This document shows, in pieces, positions 49,659 to 57,678 of a stretch of 64,000 bases of DNA. The translations under genes and the position numbers were made by a program. Each line of letters opens with the position of its first letter. The stretch's first letter is position 1. Source of the DNA: Rhodobacter sp. (GTDB taxonomy: Bacteria > Pseudomonadota > Alphaproteobacteria > Rhodobacterales > Rhodobacteraceae); NCBI GenBank assembly GCA_027487395.1, contig JAIYDR010000384.1, positions 9,732 to 73,731 on the forward strand, written 5' to 3'. Under the pieces are notes generated by a model, which worked only from the letters and a program-made list of their open reading frames with translations, ran no database searches and was not told the DNA's origin.

Positions 49659-51055
49659 CACAACCGCACCGCCCGAATTCCGTGCAAGGAGTTTGCCAAG
49701 GGTTTTCCAAAATCCTTGGGGCGGTGCCTGTGGTTGTTTTCCTGCCCTCTGTGGCCTTTGCCTGTGCGCTGCCGCCGTCCATCATCCTGACCCTTCCGAC
49801 GGGGTGGTATATGACCGGGGCGGCGCTGACTGTCCTGCTCACGGCGCTTTTCGGGGCGGCGGCGGATCGGTTGCCGGACCCGAACCCACGGCTTTTGTGG
49901 CAGCGAAACGTGATCTTGCCGGAAACGCTGACGTCTTATGTCGCGTTCCTGTGCTTTCTGGGCCTGCTGGCAGTCGGTTGGCTGGGCGCGCGTGATCCGA
50001 TGCACAATCTGATGACGCTGGTGTTCTGGACCGGGGTTTGGATCGCGCTCCCTCTTGGGTCGATGCTTTTGGGCAATCTGTGGCGACCGTTGAACCCTTG
50101 GACCGGGCCAGTGCGAATTGCACGCACGCTGCTGAACCGAACCGGCGGCATCGGGCTGAAACGCCTTGGCCATCTGCCCGCCGTGCTGGGCTATGGCGGC
50201 TTTGTCTGGTTCCAGATCATCTCAATGTCGCCGGATGATCCCTTTGTGCTGGCCACCGCCGCCGCCGCCTATTGGCTGGTGATCTTTGTCCTTGCCGTGT
50301 TGGAAGGCGAAGATTGGCTGCAACAGGGCGAGTTTCTGACCGTCCTCATGGGCTGGCTGTCGCGCGTGTCGCCGCTTTGGCTGGACATCGCGGGGCCGAA
50401 AGCGCGGCTGATGCTGGGCTGGCCGGGGGCGCAGGTGCTGCGGATGCAAGCCTTGACCCGCAGTGAAATCGCACTGGTGACGATGGCCTTGGCGGCGCTG
50501 ACCTTTGACGGGCTGGCGGAAACCTTCTGGTGGCAGGGGCTGATCGGGGAAAACCCGCTGGAGCCCACTGGGCGATCTGGCGTGATGTGGGATAACTCGC
50601 TTGGGTTGATTGTCGCTTGGGCGCTGACGGCGGGAACGATCCTTGGTGCGATCCGGCTGGGGCAATGGTTCGGCGGGCGCTTTGCCACGGGGCCGATCAT
50701 GCTGTCCTTTCTGGCCATCGCCGCCGGATACCATGCCGCGCATAATCTGGTGACCCTGCTGACCGCCGGGCAATACACCCTTGCCGCGCTGAATGATCCT
50801 TTGTTCCGCGGTGATAGCCTGTTGGGACTGTCGGAGTTCTTTGTCTCGTTCGGCTTCCTGACCGATGCCGGGACCATGCCGCTGATCTATGCCGCGCAAT
50901 TCGCGGCGATCCTGCTGGCGCATCTTCTGGCGGTTTACCTCAGCCTGAAGCTGGCCGGACACGCCCCCGCCAGGGCGCATCTGCCCCTTACCTTATTGAT
51001 GGTGGGTTACACAACCTTGGGGTTGTGGCTACTCTCCACCGCGCGAAGTGCCTGA
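49655..51055 (+). CDS. Polytopic membrane protein of unknown function
   Basis: 466 aa; roughly 10-12 hydrophobic segments; ATGA overlap with the upstream gene; no family recognised. Confidence 0.55.
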   Translation: MTQPHRPNSVQGVCQGFSKILGAVPVVVFLPSVAFACALPPSIILTLPTGWYMTGAALTVLLTALFGAAADRLPDPNPRLLWQRNVILPETLTSYVAFLCFLGLLAVGWLGARDPMHNLMTLVFWTGVWIALPLGSMLLGNLWRPLNPWTGPVRIARTLLNRTGGIGLKRLGHLPAVLGYGGFVWFQIISMSPDDPFVLATAAAAYWLVIFVLAVLEGEDWLQQGEFLTVLMGWLSRVSPLWLDIAGPKARLMLGWPGAQVLRMQALTRSEIALVTMALAALTFDGLAETFWWQGLIGENPLEPTGRSGVMWDNSLGLIVAWALTAGTILGAIRLGQWFGGRFATGPIMLSFLAIAAGYHAAHNLVTLLTAGQYTLAALNDPLFRGDSLLGLSEFFVSFGFLTDAGTMPLIYAAQFAAILLAHLLAVYLSLKLAGHAPARAHLPLTLLMVGYTTLGLWLLSTARSA

Positions 51056-51143
51056 AATGATGTAAAGTTTCAGACGCATACCTACAGGTTTCAACCAAGG
51101 GTCCGCAAGAACGACGGACCCGATCACCAGCGGAGAGAAGACC

Positions 51144-52418
51144 ATGAAGAAAGAACTGCTCGTCCCGAGCCGTCGCTCGGTCCTCAAGGGGATGGGGGCC
51201 GGCATCGTGGCCTCGGCCTTCCCCGGTTATACTTGGGCGCAGTCCTCTGCCTCCATCAAATTGGGGTTCCAACTCCATCGCACCGGGATTGGTGCGGCTT
51301 ACGGCCGCTGGTATGAACGCACGGCGCAGGCGGCGTTGAAGGTCGTCAATGATGCAGGCGGCATCAATGGCCGCCCGGTGGAAATCCTGTTCGAGGATGA
51401 CGCCACAGACCCCAAGCGCGGCGCAGAGGTGGTGGAAAAGCTGGCCAATGACGGCTGCGATCTGATCTTCGGGCCGCTGTTTTCGCATGTGGTCATCGGG
51501 TCCGCGCCGCGCGCGGGAGAGTTGAAGATCCCTTACCTTGTCTGTTCCGAAGGCTACCATGTCGCATCGGGCATGCTGAACCGCTGGACTCTGCAACCCG
51601 GCATCACCGATGTGCGGTCGCAAGTGTCGTCGATGGCCCCGTGGGTGGCGGCGAACTTGGGCAAAAAGGTCACGATGGTCTATCCCGACTACGCCTTTGG
51701 CTACGACCACCGCGATTTCTTTACCGAGGCGATCAAGGCCCAAGGCGGCGAGGTCATCGCACAAATCGCCATCCCGCCGACGGAAACCACCTTTACCCGT
51801 TATCTGCCGCAAATCCCGGCCGAGACTGAGGTGCTGTATCACGTCATGGTCGGTCCGGCCGTACTGACCTTTGTCAAAGAACTGGGCGATTTTTACGGCT
51901 CTGGCGCGCGTCCGCAGATTTTCGGCTTTATCGACTCGCTGGAGGCCGTCGATACCGCCTCGCCGGGGTTGGAATTCCTGGAAGGGACGTATTTCTGGGA
52001 GGCGATGAACCGCGTTAAACAGGACGGCCAGTCCGAAGCCGAGACTGCCTATCGCGCCGCCGTGGGCGTGGATGACAATGGCGCGTCTGTGACGGATGCG
52101 GCGGATGTGTCCACCTACAGCCATATGTTCAGCGTCTGGGAAACCCTTCACACGATCAAGGCGGGGATGGAGGCTGCGGGTTATCAATCCACCGCCGACC
52201 GCCAAAAGTTTGTTGAGGCTTTGGAGGCGATGACGACAATGGCTGAGGGGCCGGGCAATCCGCAGGGCGACAAGGTGTTCAACGGCAAGACCCATCAGGT
52301 GTTCGGCCATCAGAACATCAGCCAAGTCACCGGGGGCAAGATGATGCGCGTCCACCGCACCAGCATCGAGGATGGCCAATATCCCGACGCCGTGGATTAC
52401 ACCACGATGTCCTTCTGA
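51144..52418 (+). CDS. ABC transporter substrate-binding protein (LivK/branched-chain amino acid type) with Tat-like signal
   Basis: SRRSVLKGMGAGIVASAFPGYTWA signal; type I periplasmic-binding fold; GGAGAGAAG Shine-Dalgarno sequence. Confidence 0.85.
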   Translation: MKKELLVPSRRSVLKGMGAGIVASAFPGYTWAQSSASIKLGFQLHRTGIGAAYGRWYERTAQAALKVVNDAGGINGRPVEILFEDDATDPKRGAEVVEKLANDGCDLIFGPLFSHVVIGSAPRAGELKIPYLVCSEGYHVASGMLNRWTLQPGITDVRSQVSSMAPWVAANLGKKVTMVYPDYAFGYDHRDFFTEAIKAQGGEVIAQIAIPPTETTFTRYLPQIPAETEVLYHVMVGPAVLTFVKELGDFYGSGARPQIFGFIDSLEAVDTASPGLEFLEGTYFWEAMNRVKQDGQSEAETAYRAAVGVDDNGASVTDAADVSTYSHMFSVWETLHTIKAGMEAAGYQSTADRQKFVEALEAMTTMAEGPGNPQGDKVFNGKTHQVFGHQNISQVTGGKMMRVHRTSIEDGQYPDAVDYTTMSF

Positions 52419-52426
52419 TCCTAACA

Positions 52427-52455
52427 GGGCGGGGGCAATCCCCCGCCCCTTTTTT
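52427..52455 (+). terminator. Intra-operon Rho-independent terminator/attenuator after the binding-protein gene
   Basis: GGGCGGGGG-CAAT-CCCCCGCCC followed by CTTTTTT, 9 nt after the stop codon. Confidence 0.65.
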
Positions 52456-52468
52456 CGGGGATGCCGCC

Positions 52469-53347
52469 TTGAGTTTCGGACCCTTCCTTTTGCTGGCGGT
52501 GATGGAGAGCCTTGTCACCGCCGCCACACTCGCCTTGACCGCTGTTGGGCTGTCCTTGGTGTTCGGCACCATGCGGGTGGTCAATGTCGCACATGGCGAG
52601 TTTTTCATGCTGGGCGCTGTCTTGGCATGGTTCGTCACCGGCTGGGTGGGCGGACCAGAATGGATCGGCTTTGTTGCCGCCTTGGCACTTGCGCCCTTGG
52701 GTGTGGCCGCCGTCGCCACCTTGGCGGATCGCCTCGTGCTGAAGCGCCTGAGCTATGAGCCAGAGGCGACCATCGTCGCCACCATCGGTCTGCTTTACAT
52801 CCTGCAACAGGCGGCGCTGACGTTTTACGGGCCTGAGGCGCGGCCAGTAGAGCCGCCCTTCAACTTTCGCATCCAATTCCCGTGGTTCGGCTATTCCGGC
52901 TACAAGCTGTTCGTGATCTTTGCCGCCGTTGCGGTGTTGCTTGCGGTCTGGTGGGGCCTGACGCGCAGCAAGGCGGGCCTGGTCATGCGCGCCACGCAAG
53001 TGGACCGCGACACCGCCCGCGCCTTTGGGATCAACGTGGATCGGGTCTATGCTGGGGTTTTCGCGCTTGGCGCCGCGCTGGCGGCGATTGCGGCGGTGCT
53101 GATCGTGCCCATTCAGCAAGCGCATTACCTGATGGGCGGGGAGCCGCTCTTGCTGGCCTTTATCACCGTCATTGTCGGCGGGTTAGGGTCCTTGCGCGGC
53201 ACAGTCATCGCGGCCTTAGTGATCGGGCTGTCGGATGGGCTGATCGCGTTCTTCTACTCGCCCACATTGGCGAAGATTCTGGCAACGCTGCTGGTGGCCT
53301 TGGTGCTGGTGTTCCGCCCGCAGGGGCTGTTTGGGGCGAAAACATGA
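52469..53347 (+). CDS. Branched-chain amino acid ABC permease (LivH-type)
   Basis: TTG start; 292 aa; LivH-like TM pattern. Confidence 0.85.
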   Translation: MSFGPFLLLAVMESLVTAATLALTAVGLSLVFGTMRVVNVAHGEFFMLGAVLAWFVTGWVGGPEWIGFVAALALAPLGVAAVATLADRLVLKRLSYEPEATIVATIGLLYILQQAALTFYGPEARPVEPPFNFRIQFPWFGYSGYKLFVIFAAVAVLLAVWWGLTRSKAGLVMRATQVDRDTARAFGINVDRVYAGVFALGAALAAIAAVLIVPIQQAHYLMGGEPLLLAFITVIVGGLGSLRGTVIAALVIGLSDGLIAFFYSPTLAKILATLLVALVLVFRPQGLFGAKT

Positions 53348-54270
53348 AAGTGTGGGTCGCGCATCTGGCCGTCTTGGCGGTTCTGGGCGTGCTGCTGGCG
53401 GTGCTGCCCGCCTATCACGCCACCAACCTTGCCCGTATCCTAACGCTGGCGGTGTTTGCAACGGGATATAATCTGGCCTTCGGTTACACGGGGCTGTTGT
53501 CGCTGGGCCATGCGCTGTTCTTTGCCGCTGGTGTCTATGGCGCGGCTTTGCCGGTGACCTATTGGGGTCTGTCGCCCCTGCCCGCCATCGGTTTGGGCTG
53601 TTTGGCGGGGGGCGGGCTAGCCGCCTTGGTCGGCCTCCTGGCGCTGCGAACGGCGGGGGTCAGTTTCATGATCGTGACGCTGATGTTTGCGCAGGCGGGG
53701 TATCTGACCCTGCTCTATTTCGGCCAAATCACCGGCGGCGATGAAGGGTTGGTCATGCCCGACGCCACCGCGTTGATCCCCGGCCTGTCCCCCGACACCG
53801 CCCGCGCGGTGATCGCCTTTACGCTGTTTGCTGTGGCCTTGCTGTTATCGCTCGCCGTGATCCGCAGCCGTCTTGGCCGCGTCATGGTGGCGATGCGCGA
53901 GAATGAAGAGCGCAGCCGCATGCTGGGCTATAACCCGTTCACCGTGAAGTTATCCGCACTCGTCCTGTCGGGTTTGTTCGCAGGCGCGGCGGGGGCGGGC
54001 TATGCCTTGCTGTTCGGCTATGCCGGGGCGAGTTTTGCGACCATCCAATACTCCATCCTGCCAATGTTGTGGGTGCTGATGGGCGGGGCAGGGACCACGC
54101 TCGGCCCGCTGCTGGGGACGGCGGCGATGTTCTATCTGGTCGATGGCGCGGCGCGGATCACGACGGCGACGCTGCTCGTCGTGGGGGTGGCGCTGGTCCT
54201 GCTGATCCTGTTTGCACCGAAAGGCATTCTTGGCACGATAAGGGAAAGGGGCGCGCGATGGATTCCGTGA
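53344..54270 (+). CDS. Branched-chain amino acid ABC permease (LivM-type)
   Basis: MKVWVAHLAVLAV... from an ATGA overlap; 308 aa. Confidence 0.85.
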   Translation: MKVWVAHLAVLAVLGVLLAVLPAYHATNLARILTLAVFATGYNLAFGYTGLLSLGHALFFAAGVYGAALPVTYWGLSPLPAIGLGCLAGGGLAALVGLLALRTAGVSFMIVTLMFAQAGYLTLLYFGQITGGDEGLVMPDATALIPGLSPDTARAVIAFTLFAVALLLSLAVIRSRLGRVMVAMRENEERSRMLGYNPFTVKLSALVLSGLFAGAAGAGYALLFGYAGASFATIQYSILPMLWVLMGGAGTTLGPLLGTAAMFYLVDGAARITTATLLVVGVALVLLILFAPKGILGTIRERGARWIP

Positions 54271-54977
54271 TCTTGTCGGCACGCGGCCTGACGCGGCATT
54301 TCGGCGGCTTGCGCGCGGTGGATGGCGTCGATTTCGACCTGTATACGGGGGAAATTCACGCCCTGATCGGCCCCAATGGCGCGGGCAAAACCACCTTTGT
54401 CGGCCTGCTGTCAGGGCGCGTTCCGGTGCAAGCGGGCAGCATCACCTTGGGTGGAGAGGACATTACAGCCTTGCCCGCCCATGCCCGCGTTCGCAAGGGA
54501 ATCGCCTATACGTTCCAGATCACTTCGGTCTACCCGCGCCTGTCGGTCTATGACAACGTGGCCTTGGCCGTCCCACCCGAATCCGGCGAATTGCGCCCCG
54601 CCGTCATGGCCGCGCTGTCGCGGGTGGGGCTGGCGGATCGGGCGGATCAAATCGCCGGGACGCTCTCCTACGGTCATCAGCGGTTGTTAGAGCTTGGCAT
54701 GGGCCTCGCCCTGCGCCCGCGTGTGCTGATCCTGGATGAACCGACCCAAGGGCTGGCCTCGGGAGAGGTCGCAGGCTTTGCCGCGCTGGTGCGGTCATTG
54801 GTGCCAGAAACCACGGTGCTGCTGATCGAGCACAATATGGAGCTGGTCATGGACCTCGCCCAGCGCATCACGGTCTTGAACTTCGGTCAGGTGCTGGCCA
54901 CCGGGACGCCTGCGGAAATCCGCGCCAACACGGCGGTGCAAGCGGCCTATCTGGGGGGCGATGATGCTGCGGCTTGA
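54258..54977 (+). CDS. ABC transporter ATP-binding protein (LivG-type)
   Basis: Walker A GPNGAGKTT; signature LSYGHQRLLE; Walker B LILDEP. Confidence 0.9.
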   Translation: MDSVILSARGLTRHFGGLRAVDGVDFDLYTGEIHALIGPNGAGKTTFVGLLSGRVPVQAGSITLGGEDITALPAHARVRKGIAYTFQITSVYPRLSVYDNVALAVPPESGELRPAVMAALSRVGLADRADQIAGTLSYGHQRLLELGMGLALRPRVLILDEPTQGLASGEVAGFAALVRSLVPETTVLLIEHNMELVMDLAQRITVLNFGQVLATGTPAEIRANTAVQAAYLGGDDAAA

Positions 54978-55659
54978 CGGGGTGGCGGCGGGTTATGGCG
55001 CGGTGCGTGTGCTGGAAGGCGTATCGTTGACCGCAGAACCGGGTCAGATCACCTGCATCATGGGCCGCAACGGGGCGGGGAAATCGACCCTAATCAAGGC
55101 GATTATGGGTCTGGTTCCGCCCACAGCGGGGACAGTCACGCTGGACGGGGTGGCGCTGCACGCCTTACCCGCGCATCTGATCCCCCGCCATGGTGTGGCC
55201 TATGTTCCGCAGGGGCGGCGGCTGTTCGGGCCGCTGACCGTCGCGGAGAACCTGTCCATCGGGCTGATGACGCGCGGTTTCGGGGATGAAACGCGGGAAC
55301 AGGTGCTGACCCTGTTCCCCCGCCTGCGCGAGCGGTTGGATCAAGTGTCGCAGACCCTGTCCGGGGGCGAGCAGCAGATGCTGGCCATCGGGCGGGCCTT
55401 GTGTCTGGAGCCCAAGGTGATCTTGCTGGACGAACCGACCGAAGGCTTGCAGCCATCGATGATCGCGCTGATCCGGGATGTGGTGATGAAACTGAAGGCC
55501 CAAGGCGTGGCGGTGGTCTTGGTGGAACAGCGCCCCGATGCCGTGCTGCGCATGGCCGATCGCGTGGCCTTCATGGCGCAGGGGCGGGTGGCGACGGTGG
55601 TGGCAGCGGCGGAACTTTCGCGGGAATCGTCTCTATTCCAGCAATTTGTGGGGGTCTGA
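54961..55659 (+). CDS. ABC transporter ATP-binding protein (LivF-type)
   Basis: Walker A GRNGAGKST; signature LSGGEQQML; Walker B ILLDEP. Confidence 0.9.
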   Translation: MMLRLDGVAAGYGAVRVLEGVSLTAEPGQITCIMGRNGAGKSTLIKAIMGLVPPTAGTVTLDGVALHALPAHLIPRHGVAYVPQGRRLFGPLTVAENLSIGLMTRGFGDETREQVLTLFPRLRERLDQVSQTLSGGEQQMLAIGRALCLEPKVILLDEPTEGLQPSMIALIRDVVMKLKAQGVAVVLVEQRPDAVLRMADRVAFMAQGRVATVVAAAELSRESSLFQQFVGV

Positions 55660-57678
55660 ATGTCGGGACTGGTCGCCGGGGTGGATGTCGGCGGAACCTT
55701 TACAGATCTGGTGATCCTTGATCCTGCCAGCGGTGCCGTGCGTCTGGCCAAGGTGCCGACCAGCCTGCCCAATCAAGCGCCGGGGGTCTTGGCGGCCTTT
55801 GATGCTGCCGGAGCGGACTTGGCGGGGATTGATCTGATCGTGCATGGCACGACGACCACGACCAATGCCGTGCTGGAACGCGCCCTGTGCAAAACGGGCC
55901 TGATCACCACGGCAGGTTTCCGAGATGTGCTGGAACTGGGGCGCAGGACGCGGCCGCAACCCTATGGCATGACCGGCACCTTTACCCCCGTCATCCCGCG
56001 CGACCTTCGGCTTGAAGTGCCGGAACGCATGGATGCGCAGGGGCGGGTTCTCACCCCTTTGGACGAAGCAGAGTTGCGGGAAACAGTGTCTAAACTGGCG
56101 GAAATGGGGTGTGAAAGCCTCGTGATCCATTTCCTGCACGCCTATGCCAATCCGGCGCATGAACTGCGCGCCTTAGAGATTGCGCGTCAGATCTGGCCCA
56201 CCCCTTACATCACGTGCGGCCATCACCTGCTGTCGGAAAGCCGCGAGTTTGAGCGCGGAGTGACGGCGGCGGTCAATGCCTCGGTCCAGCCCTTGCTGGA
56301 ACGCTATGTGGCGCGGCTGGCAGATGGGCTGCGCGACAAAGGCTATACCCGCGACCTGCTGGTGATGAACGGCAACGGCGGCATGGTCGCGGCGGGCAAG
56401 GTCAGCCGTGAAGCGGTGAAAACCGTGATGAGCGGCCCGGCGTCGGGCGTGATGGCGGCGATTGCGACGGGGCGGCGGGCGGGTTTCCCGAACCTCTTGA
56501 CCTATGACATGGGCGGCATATCGACCGATGTCGCGATGATCCGAAACCACCGCGCGCCGGTATCGAATGAGATCGAGGTGGAATATGCCATGCCGATCCA
56601 TGTGCCGATGGTGGATGTGCGCACCGTCGGCGCGGGTGGCGGGTCCATTGCGCGGGTGGATGCGGGGGGCATGCTGCGGGTGGGGCCAGAGTCGGCAGGG
56701 TCCACACCGGGACCGATCTGCTATGGCCGGGGTGGCACGCGGGTCACGATTTCGGACGCGAACCTGATCCTTGGTCGCCTGCCTGCCGATCGTTTTGGGG
56801 TCGCAGCCGAGGATGCGCGGCAAGCGATGGCGGACCAGATCGCAGCACCCTTGGGTCTGGGGGTAGAGCAGGCGGCAGAGGCGGTGCTCAGGATCGCCAA
56901 CACCCATATGGCAGGCGCAATCCGCATGGTCAGCATCAGCATGGGTGCCGATCCGCGCGATTTCGCGCTGTTTGCCTTTGGCGGGGCGGGGCCGTTGCAT
57001 GCGACCGCCTTGGCGCGCGAATTGGCAGTGCCGCGGGTCCTGATCCCGGCACGTCCGGGAATCACCAATGCCTTGGGCTGTGTGGTGGCCGATCTGCGGC
57101 ATGACTTTGTGCGCACGGTGAACCGGCCCTTGGACGTTGCCGATATGGATCAGGTGCATGGGATTCTGGCGGGGCAAGAGGCCGAAGGCCGTGCGCTGAT
57201 CGCGGCAGAAAAGATCACGCTGGCTGAGGTGCGGGCCGAATTCAGCGCCGATATGCAGTTTGTCGGGCAGACGCATTTGCTGCGGATTGCCTTGCCGCAT
57301 GCGACCCCGTCGCGCGCGGATCTGCAAGCGCTGTTTGAACGGGCCTATCACGACCGTTTCCGCGTTGATCTGCCCAGCATTCGGGCAAACCTTGTGAACC
57401 TGAATTGCTCGGTCATCGGACGTAGGCCGGATATGGACCTGTCGCGCCTGATTGACCCAAGCGAGCGTTTGGCCATCGCCACGCCAAAGGCGCATCGGCA
57501 GGTCTGGTTTGGCGGTTGGATCGATACGCCAGTCTATTGGCGCGACCACCTGCCGCTTGATCCCGGCCTCACCGGCCCCTGCATCATCGAACAGATGGAC
57601 ACGACCATCGTGATTGATCCCGGCTGCACCGTCTCGGGCGACAGTGACGGAAACCTGATCGTAGGGGTGGGCGCATGA
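55660..57678 (+). CDS. Hydantoinase/oxoprolinase family protein, A subunit (HyuA-like)
   Basis: 672 aa; N-terminus GVDVGGTFTDLV; full-length HyuA architecture. Confidence 0.9.
   Translation: MSGLVAGVDVGGTFTDLVILDPASGAVRLAKVPTSLPNQAPGVLAAFDAAGADLAGIDLIVHGTTTTTNAVLERALCKTGLITTAGFRDVLELGRRTRPQPYGMTGTFTPVIPRDLRLEVPERMDAQGRVLTPLDEAELRETVSKLAEMGCESLVIHFLHAYANPAHELRALEIARQIWPTPYITCGHHLLSESREFERGVTAAVNASVQPLLERYVARLADGLRDKGYTRDLLVMNGNGGMVAAGKVSREAVKTVMSGPASGVMAAIATGRRAGFPNLLTYDMGGISTDVAMIRNHRAPVSNEIEVEYAMPIHVPMVDVRTVGAGGGSIARVDAGGMLRVGPESAGSTPGPICYGRGGTRVTISDANLILGRLPADRFGVAAEDARQAMADQIAAPLGLGVEQAAEAVLRIANTHMAGAIRMVSISMGADPRDFALFAFGGAGPLHATALARELAVPRVLIPARPGITNALGCVVADLRHDFVRTVNRPLDVADMDQVHGILAGQEAEGRALIAAEKITLAEVRAEFSADMQFVGQTHLLRIALPHATPSRADLQALFERAYHDRFRVDLPSIRANLVNLNCSVIGRRPDMDLSRLIDPSERLAIATPKAHRQVWFGGWIDTPVYWRDHLPLDPGLTGPCIIEQMDTTIVIDPGCTVSGDSDGNLIVGVGA

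Noticed and set aside
50988-52379. 463-aa minus-strand ORF opposite the ABC binding-protein gene
   Set aside because: It is antisense to a gene with a clear Tat signal, Shine-Dalgarno sequence and terminator. No recognisable domains.
56173-57549. 458-aa minus-strand ORF opposite hyuA (plus similar ORFs at 43976-44845 and 40068-41282)
   Set aside because: These are high-GC antisense shadows of well-supported genes.
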